A stretch of 64,000 nucleotides of DNA from a virus. Its lineage: Duplodnaviria; Heunggongvirae; Uroviricota; Caudoviricetes. The DNA is taken from IMG/VR virus record IMGVR_UViG_3300024303_000028, positions 44,613-108,612 of that record; one strand, 5' to 3'. How positions within the stretch are numbered: the first letter of the stretch is position 1; the number at the start of each line of letters is the position of its first letter. Of this stretch, positions 9,630-18,789 are shown one piece after another. The notes below the pieces were generated by a model. That model was not told the DNA's origin. It did no database searches and saw only the letters and a program-made list of their open reading frames with translations. Both the position numbers and the translations under genes were made by a program.

Positions 9630-10838
9630 ATGGCAGGAGTTAGCGTTGAGAAACGCGGTAACAAGTGGCGGTATCGGTTCGATACCTCGTCTATGGACGG
9701 CAAACGTGCGCGAATCAGTAAGGGCGGATTTAACACAGAGAAGGAGGCGATGGCCGCCGGGATCAAGCACCTTGCCGAGTTTAACTCGACAGGTGTAATC
9801 TTTACCCCGTCTGAGATGTCGTACGGAGACTACTTAGCCGAGTGGATGGAGAAATACTGCCGACCTAATCTTAAACCAGAGACGTTGGTAAACTACGAAA
9901 AGCGAATCAGAATCCACATTAAGCCGAAACTGGGCAAGCACAAACTCAAGAACATAACGGCCTCTGTGATGCAGGAGCTGATCAACGAGATGTTCCAGAA
10001 TGGATATTCACGGAATACTCTGGCAACAATCCGCGGTATCCTGTCATCAAGTCTTGACTATGCAGTAGAACCGATGCGGTACATCGACAAGAATCCTGTG
10101 GTCTATGTACGGCTTCCTTCTGTTCGTGTGAAAAGCCAGGTTCCTACAAGATCTGAGCCCCATGTGTATATTACACCAGAACAAATGGAGGCAATATTTA
10201 AGCGCTTCCCAGAGAAGACTTCCCCTCACATCCCTTTGCAATTCGGCTATCGGTGCGGTTTGCGTATTGGTGAGGCGTTCGCTGTTTGTTGGAGCGATAT
10301 CGACTTCGAGAATAAGAAGTTAACCATCAATCGACAGATCCAGTATAACAGCCCACGTAAACTATGGTACTTCACTGAGCCAAAGTATGAATCTTCCAGA
10401 ACGATTGATCTTGATGATGAGATGGTTGCTCTACTTCTTCGTGAAAGGGAGAGACAAGAAAAGTCGAAAGCATACCACGCAGATGATTATCATCAGCAGT
10501 ACGAGGGGGCGTCTCGTCTTATCAACGACAAGAAGGATGGAGACCCTATCGACTTGGTTGCGGTACGTCCGGATGGTAGTTTAATTTCTCCGCGGGTGAT
10601 GTTGCACACCTCTTCGATTATCCACAAGGATCTTCACTTCCCGGAGTTCGACTTCCATTCATTGCGCCATACGCATACGTCTATGATGTTAGCAGCTGGA
10701 GCACCGATCAAATATGTGCAATATCGATTGGGTCATAAGCGACCAGACGTGACGTTGCGGGTGTATCAACACATGACTGAAGTTGTGGAGCGAAACGGAC
10801 AGGACGTACTTAGCGAGGTATTTAGGAAATCAGAGTAA
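9630..10838 (+). CDS. int: tyrosine site-specific integrase
   Basis: ATG after RBS ACGGAGG. N-terminal SAM-like domain. C-terminal catalytic signature HSLRHTHTSMMLAAGAPIKYVQYRLGHKRPDVTLRVYQHM (R..HxxR..Y). Confidence 0.9.
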   Translation: MAGVSVEKRGNKWRYRFDTSSMDGKRARISKGGFNTEKEAMAAGIKHLAEFNSTGVIFTPSEMSYGDYLAEWMEKYCRPNLKPETLVNYEKRIRIHIKPKLGKHKLKNITASVMQELINEMFQNGYSRNTLATIRGILSSSLDYAVEPMRYIDKNPVVYVRLPSVRVKSQVPTRSEPHVYITPEQMEAIFKRFPEKTSPHIPLQFGYRCGLRIGEAFAVCWSDIDFENKKLTINRQIQYNSPRKLWYFTEPKYESSRTIDLDDEMVALLLRERERQEKSKAYHADDYHQQYEGASRLINDKKDGDPIDLVAVRPDGSLISPRVMLHTSSIIHKDLHFPEFDFHSLRHTHTSMMLAAGAPIKYVQYRLGHKRPDVTLRVYQHMTEVVERNGQDVLSEVFRKSE

Positions 10839-10846
10839 AAAAAGAG

Positions 10847-10887
10847 GGACGGAAGCAAATCCGTCCCTCAAATTTTTGTTTGAAACT
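10847..10887 (+). terminator. rho-independent terminator after int
   Basis: GAGGGACGGaagcaaatCCGTCCCTC hairpin followed by AAATTTTTG. Confidence 0.7.
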
Positions 10888-10888
10888 T

Positions 10889-10999
10889 GTCCCCAGTCTG
10901 TCCCCACTTTGTCCCCATTCCTCCGTAAAGTGGGGACACGGGAAGTTTTCGTCCCCAATCTGTCCCCAGTCCTTCAAAAATCCGAGGTTTCTGTCCCCA
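10889..10999. repeat. cluster of six direct TGTCCCCA repeats plus one inverted copy (arm-type integrase binding sites, P-arm candidate)
   Basis: GTCCCCA at 10889, 10900, 10911, 10951, 10962, 10993 with 11-bp phasing inside sub-clusters; inverted TGGGGAC at 10931. Confidence 0.6.
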
Positions 11000-11195
11000 G
11001 TTTTGATTAGGTGAGTTAGGATGTATGGTACAAAAGTGCGGGATTTTCCGGGTTTTGATTACTTGGAGGCGTTCTCCACAGCCACGGCCACGGCGACGGT
11101 CGCGCCGACCATGGGGTTGTTGCCCATACCTACAAGTCCGACTCTTTTTGCAGGCTTATGTAAAAGTATGATGTTTATCACGCTTTGTTTCTATA

Positions 11196-11221
11196 GGGTT
11201 GGAGCGTTTATGTTCCAACCC
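11196..11221. other. candidate attP core: inverted repeat GGGTTGGA-gcgtttatgt-TCCAACCC
   Basis: 8-bp perfect inverted repeat around a 10-bp spacer, located between the two GTCCCCA arm clusters; role inferred. Confidence 0.35.
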
Positions 11222-11274
11222 TATTTCTTTTCTGACGGGGTGCAGAAATGCCGATTCATTCGCAATGATCTTTT

Positions 11275-11292
11275 GTCCCCATTTTGTCCCCA
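11275..11292. repeat. two further TGTCCCCA direct repeats (P'-arm candidate)
   Basis: TTTTGTCCCCATTTTGTCCCCAC, 11-bp spacing. Confidence 0.55.
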
Positions 11293-11385
11293 CTCGTACC
11301 GTGATAGACGGTTCCGATACACAACCCTATGGTATAGTACCAAAGTTGTTATATATTGTCAATAGTTGGAAGCGGCGGATGGGTA

Positions 11386-11422
11386 AAAAAAAATACGCCG
11401 CCCCGAAATAGGGACGGCGTAT
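11386..11422. terminator. bidirectional rho-independent terminator ending the leftward operon
   Basis: TACGCCGCCCCGaaatagGGACGGCGTA hairpin flanked by A9 on plus and T9 on minus. Confidence 0.7.
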
Positions 11423-11424
11423 AG

Positions 11425-11625
11425 TTATTGCATTATAGTGCCTGCATTGTTGATGCCGAGTTCAGAATCCAAATCGTAATCACAGTAGACCCCATCAAAT
11501 CGATACTGAATGATACAATTGGGGTGCTTTGATACGAAGTCGGCAACAAATTCATCGACGCTCTTAAAGCCAAGTTGCTTAATCATTCCGTTAGTGTATA
11601 GCATGAGACTCCCTCCGTTATACAT
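11425..11625 (-). CDS. hypothetical small protein
   Basis: 66-aa ORF at the end of the minus-strand operon. Confidence 0.35.
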   Translation of the reverse strand: MYNGGSLMLYTNGMIKQLGFKSVDEFVADFVSKHPNCIIQYRFDGVYCDYDLDSELGINNAGTIMQ

Positions 11626-11803
11626 TGTTGTGGTCGCGTAACTGATCTTTTATTTTTTCAAGCTGTCTATTGGTCTGGTATCGGCGATTGCTCAAACAAT
11701 ACTCACAACCTCCGTGGTTACGACACGAACGATCAACCGCCTTACCCCCACGATATGGTTTTCGCTTTGACTTTCCATAGATAATTGCTTTCTCCTCGCT
11801 CAT
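11618..11803 (-). CDS. hypothetical small basic Cys-rich protein
   Basis: 61 aa, CRNHGGCEYC; overlaps the HD gene end in another frame, so uncertain. Confidence 0.3.
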   Translation of the reverse strand: MSEEKAIIYGKSKRKPYRGGKAVDRSCRNHGGCEYCLSNRRYQTNRQLEKIKDQLRDHNNV

Positions 11804-12269
11804 AACCGTCTATCCCCCGATCCTCTTCACACGAAAGCAAATATACCAGATCCCGGCTGTATTTCCGCTGCCGCTGTGCGTCCATCAAGCTTATGTCTTG
11901 CAGTCTCGACAGATTCATGTTGTCAATGAGATCTGCGATTTTGACCTCTCGCGCAATGGGACTGTATGAAATGAATTTGATATAAGTTTTACGATCTCCG
12001 CATCCCACAGTATGATTTTGCGATAGCAACCGAACTTCGAAAGCTATTTCGTCTCCAAAGCGTTCGGTCAGTTCGTGGAATGTGGTAGCTGTATCCTCCA
12101 ACGTGTCGTGTAACAGTGCTACGATTTTTGCGTCTGGTGTTTTGCAACGATGACTGACGCGCAGAAGATGCCAGAAGTATGACTTGCCACCCTTATCGAC
12201 TTGTCCAGCATGCACCCTGGCTGCGAAAAACATAGCCCGATAATATGTAATCCATTCGTTTAATGTCAT
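11742..12269 (-). CDS. HD-domain phosphohydrolase
   Basis: H...HD...D metal-binding motifs (HLLRVSH ... ALLHDTLEDT). Confidence 0.7.
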   Translation of the reverse strand: MTLNEWITYYRAMFFAARVHAGQVDKGGKSYFWHLLRVSHRCKTPDAKIVALLHDTLEDTATTFHELTERFGDEIAFEVRLLSQNHTVGCGDRKTYIKFISYSPIAREVKIADLIDNMNLSRLQDISLMDAQRQRKYSRDLVYLLSCEEDRGIDGYERGESNYLWKVKAKTISWG

Positions 12270-12529
12270 GGCTTTTGATGCTCCTTTTGAATATTAAACC
12301 TGCGGCACCATTTACGTACAGCGTTATCAGATACCCGAAAGTATCTACCAGCAGCACAATAGTTCCATCCGAATAAATCAAGCACACGACGAATCGTCAC
12401 AGGATCCGGCAGTTCACTTTCTCTTTGCTGGTTACGGCAGTCCCGGCAGTACTTTGCTTTTGCGTCTTTTTGTGATCCGCAGATTGGGCATATCCATCGC
12501 TTGGTCGTTCGCATTTTATATGAACTCAA
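12266..12529 (-). CDS. small zinc-ribbon + HTH DNA-binding protein (homing-endonuclease-type DNA-binding module)
   Basis: CPICGSQ...CRDC zinc ribbon; C-terminal GRYFRVSDNAVRKWC nearly identical to the C-terminus of the HNH endonuclease at 48769-49332. Confidence 0.55.
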   Translation of the reverse strand: MSSYKMRTTKRWICPICGSQKDAKAKYCRDCRNQQRESELPDPVTIRRVLDLFGWNYCAAGRYFRVSDNAVRKWCRRFNIQKEHQKP

Positions 12530-12533
12530 TGCA

Positions 12534-12764
12534 TCACTCCCGATCAGTTTGCTTCATTTCAAAATGATCCATGGTAACATTACATTTACCATGTTCGCAG
12601 TCAAATACCCAAGAGCACAATTCTTCCTTGATCGCGTTCGCAGCCCATCCATCTACAAACATTTTCCTGATTTCATCTTCTGATCGTAGATCCGGGTTAT
12701 TCTCGTCGAGATTAAACTCGTATTCAATGCGGAAAATGCATTTGCCGTTAAGCACTGATCTCAC
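12534..12764 (-). CDS. hypothetical protein
   Basis: 76-aa ORF filling the gap between neighbouring genes. Confidence 0.4.
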   Translation of the reverse strand: MRSVLNGKCIFRIEYEFNLDENNPDLRSEDEIRKMFVDGWAANAIKEELCSWVFDCEHGKCNVTMDHFEMKQTDRE

Positions 12765-13191
12765 CTCGATGACCTGTGCTTCCGAACCCTCCGCGGGATT
12801 CGTCTTCCATACAGTTTACCTCGACAAACTCGACCGGTTCCATCTTCTTCATAATTCGGAACTGCGCGATTCGATCACCCTTGTGAATGATAGTATCTTC
12901 GACGGCCAGTGCAGCAAAACCCCAGATATCATTTTCACCGCAATATGAGTTATCAATGACGCCAACTGAATTTGCCATCAGGATACGCCACTTTTTATAT
13001 GTAGAAGAGCGGGGCGCCAAGTGTGCTTCGTATCCATCTGGAAGCTTCATCGACACACCAAGAGAGATGATGCGGAAAGTGCCGGCTGTCATTGGAACAT
13101 CCTCAGCAGCGTACAGATCAATCCAATCGCCATTCTGGATATGTTGAATTTTGGGGATATCGGCATCATGATACTTAATCTTTATTTCCAT
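12748..13191 (-). CDS. dut: dUTP diphosphatase
   Basis: dUTPase motifs: AGTFRIISLG, RSSTYKK, GVIDNSYCGEND, C-terminal RGGFGSTG. Confidence 0.85.
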   Translation of the reverse strand: MEIKIKYHDADIPKIQHIQNGDWIDLYAAEDVPMTAGTFRIISLGVSMKLPDGYEAHLAPRSSTYKKWRILMANSVGVIDNSYCGENDIWGFAALAVEDTIIHKGDRIAQFRIMKKMEPVEFVEVNCMEDESRGGFGSTGHRGEISA

Positions 13192-13678
13192 CTGTATTCT
13201 CCTTTGTCAGCATTTTTACGCAACGTGGAATATGCTTCTGCTTGAAGCCGCCGCTTACAAAACTTGTTTGAACGATATGGGGCATCACCCCATAGGTCTT
13301 GTAGTCCTCGAAGATATCATCGTCAAGCACGACCCAATTTGTCACTTCTGGATGACGATCAAGCCATTCGTGGATACCGCGTCCACGATCAAACATTTGG
13401 TCAGTCGTCTTATCATAGATCTCGATGCCTACGCTCAGCAATTTATCGTGCAGGTACTGTCCGTCTTTAGAGCGTAACTCTGGCGTTAAAGCCCATCCAC
13501 GTTTCCAAGTTGACGTCAGGACAACTTTCGCTTCTGTACGCTTCGCCAATTCTGCCAGAGCTTCAAGCGGTTCGTTGGCGACACCGATACATCCACTGGG
13601 TGCAAACTCTTTGGTGTATGCATAATTCAAAACACCATCTACATCTAAAAACACGACCCTCATTGTACCGCCTCCCAT
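13175..13678 (-). CDS. HAD-superfamily hydrolase (nucleotidase/phosphatase-like)
   Basis: VVFLDVDGVLN (DxDG motif I), small HAD core. Confidence 0.6.
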   Translation of the reverse strand: MGGGTMRVVFLDVDGVLNYAYTKEFAPSGCIGVANEPLEALAELAKRTEAKVVLTSTWKRGWALTPELRSKDGQYLHDKLLSVGIEIYDKTTDQMFDRGRGIHEWLDRHPEVTNWVVLDDDIFEDYKTYGVMPHIVQTSFVSGGFKQKHIPRCVKMLTKENTDGNKD

Positions 13679-13932
13679 TGTCCAGCTCCAATGTACCGGT
13701 ACAGTGACGCATCTCCTGAATATGTATAGAGGGATAATCCGTTGTACTGTTGGATATTCTTATCATTTTCAACAAAGTCAACGGCTTCGTTTTGATGCTT
13801 GAACTTTTTGACGAGATGACCGAGTGGATCATCCGTTGCGTTTATGGAATAATCTTCATATACATAGTATTGCTTTTTCATAGGTTTACCCCCGCCGCCC
13901 AGATAGCTGTGCAGATTATCGCAATCACACAC
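13660..13932 (-). CDS. hypothetical protein
   Basis: 90-aa ORF in operon context. Confidence 0.4.
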   Translation of the reverse strand: MCDCDNLHSYLGGGGKPMKKQYYVYEDYSINATDDPLGHLVKKFKHQNEAVDFVENDKNIQQYNGLSLYTYSGDASLYRYIGAGQWEAVQ

Positions 13933-13997
13933 ATGAGGAATACGCAGGCGACGAACTTGACAATACCGCGATGCTTTTTAGTTGACATACTTTCTCC

Positions 13998-14372
13998 TTA
14001 TTTCATATCACAGAGTTCTCGTAAGATATCTTCATTAAAGGGAAGAATTTTCTTTTCAGTATCAGATGAGTTGAAAGGTTTAAGCAAATCATTTAACCAT
14101 AACGTGTCCATGTCATATATATTATTAGGTAGTACGTTGATGGCGTTTTGAATATCAGTATGTGAAATTCGCATATCTTCGTCGCGTGGCATCGAAATTT
14201 CTCGCAACCCCGCGGCCCATCCTCTTTCTCGGCGTAACACTGGTGTTAAGCCTTCACGATTTTCATTGGATTGATGGCGTATTCGTTCACTAACTCTTCT
14301 CCATATATCTGCCGAAATCATATTACACACTGAGGTAGGTTCTTCATACCATCCGTTTCTAGTCATATACAA
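13998..14372 (-). CDS. hypothetical protein, paralog pair member (C-terminal LPFNEDILRELCDMK)
   Basis: Shares the C-terminal motif PF[ND][ED]xxLRE[LI]CD with the adjacent gene. Confidence 0.45.
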   Translation of the reverse strand: MYMTRNGWYEEPTSVCNMISADIWRRVSERIRHQSNENREGLTPVLRRERGWAAGLREISMPRDEDMRISHTDIQNAINVLPNNIYDMDTLWLNDLLKPFNSSDTEKKILPFNEDILRELCDMK

Positions 14373-14387
14373 CTCCTGTATATCAGC

Positions 14388-14750
14388 TTATTGATCACAA
14401 ATCTCTCGTAGCATATGATCGTCAAACGGAACCGCCTTTTCAGGAATATCCGGTTCCTCATCGAATAGATAAAACGATGCGTTATAGCGTTCGAAATTCG
14501 AGATACGTTCTGCATATTCTGACAAGCTATCCATTGTTTCAGGAGCTTTGTCTATAATAGGGGGAAAGAAATTGAATATGTCGGCCTTAAATACAGACTC
14601 TCCTGAGTTGCTATATTCAACAACCGGAAGCGATCCTCTATAAGGATTAAAAGGATGTTCAAGCTCATCTAGCGCTTGATCAATAGATGGTTCATACGAC
14701 GGCGTTTCGATGATAAATCTTTCATTACCGTAGATCCGGTTAACATCCAT
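14388..14750 (-). CDS. hypothetical protein, paralog pair member (C-terminal VPFDDHMLREICDQ)
   Basis: See above. Confidence 0.45.
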   Translation of the reverse strand: MDVNRIYGNERFIIETPSYEPSIDQALDELEHPFNPYRGSLPVVEYSNSGESVFKADIFNFFPPIIDKAPETMDSLSEYAERISNFERYNASFYLFDEEPDIPEKAVPFDDHMLREICDQ

Positions 14751-15291
14751 AGATTACAACCTCATTTTCTTTTATTGATCGCTTGGCATCAATCACTCGT
14801 TGATTCGACGATCCCTTATATTGCAGTCGCTTGTCTGCACAGCTGATATCATAATGACCATCGATAACTACATCGACCATTGAAATAACAGGAAGATGCG
14901 CAATCTCTTCCCAGAGAAATCCAGTATAAAGCCACACGTTAACATCACGATTCGCATGCGTATGCAAATACATCATAATCATTTCCAGCTGATATGGACG
15001 ATATAACGGATCACCGCCCGTCAGTGTAATCCCCGACAAGTATGGTCGCATATTAAACTCTTGAACGATCTGATCCAGCATTTCTGTTGTAATAATCTCG
15101 CCAGAATAAAAGTCGTGTGTGCCTGGATTGTGGCAACCAGGACAATGATGGTCGCATCCACTGAAATACAAGGCCAGACGAACACCCTCGCCATCTGCTA
15201 AACTGTCGTAACATATACCAGACAAACGAATCGCGTCCTTTATACCATCTTCCCTAATAGGTAGCTCTCGCATTATGCTGCCTCCTGACAA
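14740..15291 (-). CDS. nrdG: anaerobic ribonucleotide reductase activating protein (radical SAM)
   Basis: FSGCDHHCPGCHN cysteine cluster, small size, directly downstream of nrdD in the operon. Confidence 0.8.
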   Translation of the reverse strand: MSGGSIMRELPIREDGIKDAIRLSGICYDSLADGEGVRLALYFSGCDHHCPGCHNPGTHDFYSGEIITTEMLDQIVQEFNMRPYLSGITLTGGDPLYRPYQLEMIMMYLHTHANRDVNVWLYTGFLWEEIAHLPVISMVDVVIDGHYDISCADKRLQYKGSSNQRVIDAKRSIKENEVVIYGC

Positions 15292-15965
15292 AATTCGTGC
15301 TCACACGGACCAGCCCATTGCATTGCCATAGCTTTGGCGATGCCTGGGAATGTCTTGCTCCGCGTTTTCTGGTCGCGCTCTCTACGCCCTCGGAATCTTC
15401 GATAGTTTCCATAAGCGTCTTTGTGGCCTCCGTTTACATATGGTTCGTGATTTTCTATAACACACGTCGGCTCAAGTGGATCAACACCCTTCAGCCATAA
15501 GCACGTACGCTTGCTGTATGGGTGCCCGTGATGATAAGGTTGAATAATTTGATCATATGGTGGTAAGTTAACAAGCTTCATCGGAACTGGGTTTTCAATA
15601 ACAACCCGGTCACAATCTGCATGATAAAAGGCCAAGAAAAACTCCTTGGCCTTCATCGCCTTCTCGAAGCGTTCTTGTTGAATGACGCCGTTGACACGCA
15701 TCCTGACTGCACCGGCATTTGAAAGATAAGTACATGGAGGATGCGCTATAATCATATCCCATTTTCCCGGGATACTGTGCCATTTCGAATCCATCGTCTG
15801 GAATCTGCAACGTCCGTTAATAAGAGGGAGGACATCCCCGATGATATGCCATTCGGGGTGTCCTCCGGAACATTGTTGAATATCGCATGAATACGCCTCG
15901 TGGCCTAATTCACGCATGGCGATGGTAATGGCTTGAGATTCCTCACATGCAATTAGTACTCTCAT
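15273..15965 (-). CDS. DNA cytosine-C5 methyltransferase-like protein with divergent motif I
   Basis: Start set at MRVLIACEES. Motif IV-like HPPCTYLSNAG (catalytic Pro-Cys). Motif VI-like VVIENPVPM (ENV). The usual SAM-binding FxGxGG position reads IACEESQ. Confidence 0.5.
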   Translation of the reverse strand: MRVLIACEESQAITIAMRELGHEAYSCDIQQCSGGHPEWHIIGDVLPLINGRCRFQTMDSKWHSIPGKWDMIIAHPPCTYLSNAGAVRMRVNGVIQQERFEKAMKAKEFFLAFYHADCDRVVIENPVPMKLVNLPPYDQIIQPYHHGHPYSKRTCLWLKGVDPLEPTCVIENHEPYVNGGHKDAYGNYRRFRGRRERDQKTRSKTFPGIAKAMAMQWAGPCEHEFCQEAA

Positions 15966-18225
15966 AGCTCTCCTGTGAATCAATGGTATGACGAACGCGA
16001 TCACAAACCTCAGTCTGCTTGCCATGATTGAAACGGCGATAATCAGAAGACAGATAGCCGGTTACCCGACGCAATTGAGTAATATTTTCACTTCCGCATT
16101 CAGGACAGGTACTGTCAAACTCGGACTGGAAACCGCAGTCGTTGCACGTGTCCAGCGGGAAATTGAAGGCGAGGTATGGGATATCAAGTTTTTGGAACGC
16201 ATAGTCGATAATGTCTTCAACGGCCTTATGGTTAGACATGAGGCTTGAATCACACTCGATATAGGTGATTGTTCCGCCAGTACAAAGCTTTGTAAACGGC
16301 GCTTCGATACGGAGCTTCTCGTAGATGCCGACCTTTTCCCACACAGGAACGTGGTGTGAGTTTGTCAGGTACTCACGCTCGGTTACATTAGGAATAATGC
16401 CGTACTGATCACGGAGCTTCTTCATTGCGGTGAAGCAAAGATTCTCCGCGGGCGTTGCGTAGCAACTACCATTCAGATTGTTACGTTCACTAAACTCCTG
16501 AGCGTATAGATTGATGCGGCGTACAACACTATATGCGAACTCCCAGACCTCGCGATCGTAGACATGACTCTTGCCGAACAGCGCTTGACACATTTCGGCA
16601 ATGCCAATAAAGCCAAACGCAAACGTTCCGTGCTTCAGCGCTTCAGACACGTCGTCCTGACACTTATCAGCATCCTTGATCGTGCCGTTCTGATACATAA
16701 AGGGAGCCGCCTTCGGTGACTGCGCCTTCATGATCTCAAAGCGCTTCAGGTGTGCACGCTCAACCATTTGTAGTGTAGACTCTAGAGCAGCCCAGAAACC
16801 TTCCAGGTCGGGCTCGGTACGTTCTCCGCGGCAAATGCCATACTCAATTCCTAGCTTGGGGAGGATAATCGTAATGGGCGTGTTATTTCCACGACCTACC
16901 CGAGTATATCCCAGACCATTGCGGTCGTAGCCGATCAAGGTGCGGCAGCCCATGGTGCTGAAGATTGTATCGGGATCATTCGGATCCTCATGTGCTTCTG
17001 ACCAGTCGCCATTGCACCAGTTCGGGAAGATGCGTTTCGGCATTGATTCAATGCCCTTTAGCTTCTCACGGTAGTTCGGGTCACCCGGAGCAGCATTAAC
17101 GCCTTTCTTATAAGAAAAGATACTGATAGGGAAAATGCTGGTCGTATGGTGCTTGCCGACACCTTCGATGCTTGCCTGAAGGAACCAGCGGGTAACGAGC
17201 TTGCCTTCAGGAGTCGTATCGCGGCCATAGTTCAATGAACTGAATGGCACCTGAGCGCCTGCACGGGATTCAAGCGTTCCAAGATTGTGCCATAGCGCCT
17301 GCGCTGCCTGCATACCCTCACGCTCTAACATGTCTTTGGCATATGTATAAGCGTCGGAATAAGAACATAGCAATGCTTGGTTATCAATGGTAATGACGTT
17401 ATCAAACAGCGTCGTGTATGCTTCCTCAATTTCGTCATCGCTGCAAGCATAAATGTACTTCATGCCGTCGCGGTGGTGACGACGGAAACTCATGGCGACA
17501 TAAGGCGCCAAGTCGGTGTCAATGTGGGCAGAAGCCACACCACCGTACTGACATTGGCTCTGCAACTGCATCGCAACAGCGACCAGTTGACACGCGGTAG
17601 AGAAACTCGTGGGAGGGCGCACATCACAATTACGCGTTGCAAATCCCTCGGTAAAAAGTTTCTTAAAGTCGATGAATAGGCAATTGTGAGCGCCTACGTT
17701 GTAGTGATCCAGATCGTGCTGATAGATCAGACCTCCCTTATGAGCTTCTGCTACATCAGCATCCATATTGTACTCAAGAGCAATGTTCTTCTGCAGAATT
17801 CCCGCAGCTTCATTCTTGCGGCCACCAAATGTATGCTCGTCCACATTGGCATTTGCGTTATCAATGCTCTTGCCGGAAGTCTTCTCCTGAATCTGCTGGA
17901 CGGTGGTATTGCGCAGGTCGCGTTGGCGAGATCGTTCAGCGCGATACAGGATGTACTGCTTCGCCACATCCTTGCGATCAGAGGACATAAGATTGCTCTC
18001 TACCATGTCCTGAACTAGCTCTACAGTTGGAATGCTCTGCATCGCTTCGCATTCTGCATAAATCTTTTGGGCAATAGCGAACGCAAGAGCTTCATCAACT
18101 CCGGCTTCCGTTTCCCGCATAGCCCGTGAGATAGCGGAAATAATTCGCGTCTTCTGGAAGAGGACGGTGCGCCCATCCCTCTTGAGAATTTGCATTGGTT
18201 TATCTTGTGGAAAAAGTATTGTCAT
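15943..18225 (-). CDS. nrdD: anaerobic ribonucleoside-triphosphate reductase
   Basis: 760 aa; N-terminal ATP-cone-like segment. C-terminal Zn-ribbon (CNDCGF...CPECG). Glycyl-radical motif RRVTGYLS. Confidence 0.9.
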   Translation of the reverse strand: MTILFPQDKPMQILKRDGRTVLFQKTRIISAISRAMRETEAGVDEALAFAIAQKIYAECEAMQSIPTVELVQDMVESNLMSSDRKDVAKQYILYRAERSRQRDLRNTTVQQIQEKTSGKSIDNANANVDEHTFGGRKNEAAGILQKNIALEYNMDADVAEAHKGGLIYQHDLDHYNVGAHNCLFIDFKKLFTEGFATRNCDVRPPTSFSTACQLVAVAMQLQSQCQYGGVASAHIDTDLAPYVAMSFRRHHRDGMKYIYACSDDEIEEAYTTLFDNVITIDNQALLCSYSDAYTYAKDMLEREGMQAAQALWHNLGTLESRAGAQVPFSSLNYGRDTTPEGKLVTRWFLQASIEGVGKHHTTSIFPISIFSYKKGVNAAPGDPNYREKLKGIESMPKRIFPNWCNGDWSEAHEDPNDPDTIFSTMGCRTLIGYDRNGLGYTRVGRGNNTPITIILPKLGIEYGICRGERTEPDLEGFWAALESTLQMVERAHLKRFEIMKAQSPKAAPFMYQNGTIKDADKCQDDVSEALKHGTFAFGFIGIAEMCQALFGKSHVYDREVWEFAYSVVRRINLYAQEFSERNNLNGSCYATPAENLCFTAMKKLRDQYGIIPNVTEREYLTNSHHVPVWEKVGIYEKLRIEAPFTKLCTGGTITYIECDSSLMSNHKAVEDIIDYAFQKLDIPYLAFNFPLDTCNDCGFQSEFDSTCPECGSENITQLRRVTGYLSSDYRRFNHGKQTEVCDRVRHTIDSQESYESTNCM

Positions 18226-18270
18226 CGTAAAAACCTTCCTTAATATGTATGGTTTCTAGATGGCGCTCTG

Positions 18271-18789
18271 TCACGAAGCCACCACAACACAAATGTTGTG
18301 ACGAAGATCGTCGATCGTGCCGTTATTTACTACAACATAGTCTGGCGTAACCGTGTTCATAGCTGTTTCAGAGGGGTGGTTGCGCTGTTCCTCTGTTAAT
18401 GTAGACGCAACATCTCGATCAACACGGATATGCGTCACGCGATAGCCCGCTTCCTTAAGACGATCGATCTCATTGGGGAAACGACAATCTGGGATAATTG
18501 CATAATCCCAATTCTCACCAAACAGATCGAAAATGCTGATCAGGAAGTTGACCCAGAAGTCAGGGTGCTGCTTACGCACGACATCGGTCCCGACATACTG
18601 AAGCAGTGACCTGCCAGCCTCATCTTTCTGGCCATCCCAATCGAAGAGAGTCCTGCAAAGATGCTTCAAAAGATCGGCATTATGAGTAACAAGCACAGAC
18701 TGACCATGCTGCTCCAGCTTTTCTTTCATAATCTGGGCTACCGTATCTTTACCAGCGCCGGCGTGGCCGGAAATGCAGATCACGCGCAT
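18271..18789 (-). CDS. P-loop deoxynucleoside monophosphate kinase-like protein
   Basis: Walker A ISGHAGAGKDT; ~170 aa like phage dNMP kinases. Confidence 0.6.
   Translation of the reverse strand: MRVICISGHAGAGKDTVAQIMKEKLEQHGQSVLVTHNADLLKHLCRTLFDWDGQKDEAGRSLLQYVGTDVVRKQHPDFWVNFLISIFDLFGENWDYAIIPDCRFPNEIDRLKEAGYRVTHIRVDRDVASTLTEEQRNHPSETAMNTVTPDYVVVNNGTIDDLRHNICVVVAS

Noticed and set aside
10783-11411. Plus-strand ORFs (10783-11010, 11021-11365, 11199-11411) across the attP-like region
   Set aside because: They run through the repeat arrays and terminators. The translations (runs of SPVP, TATATATVAPT) are low complexity.
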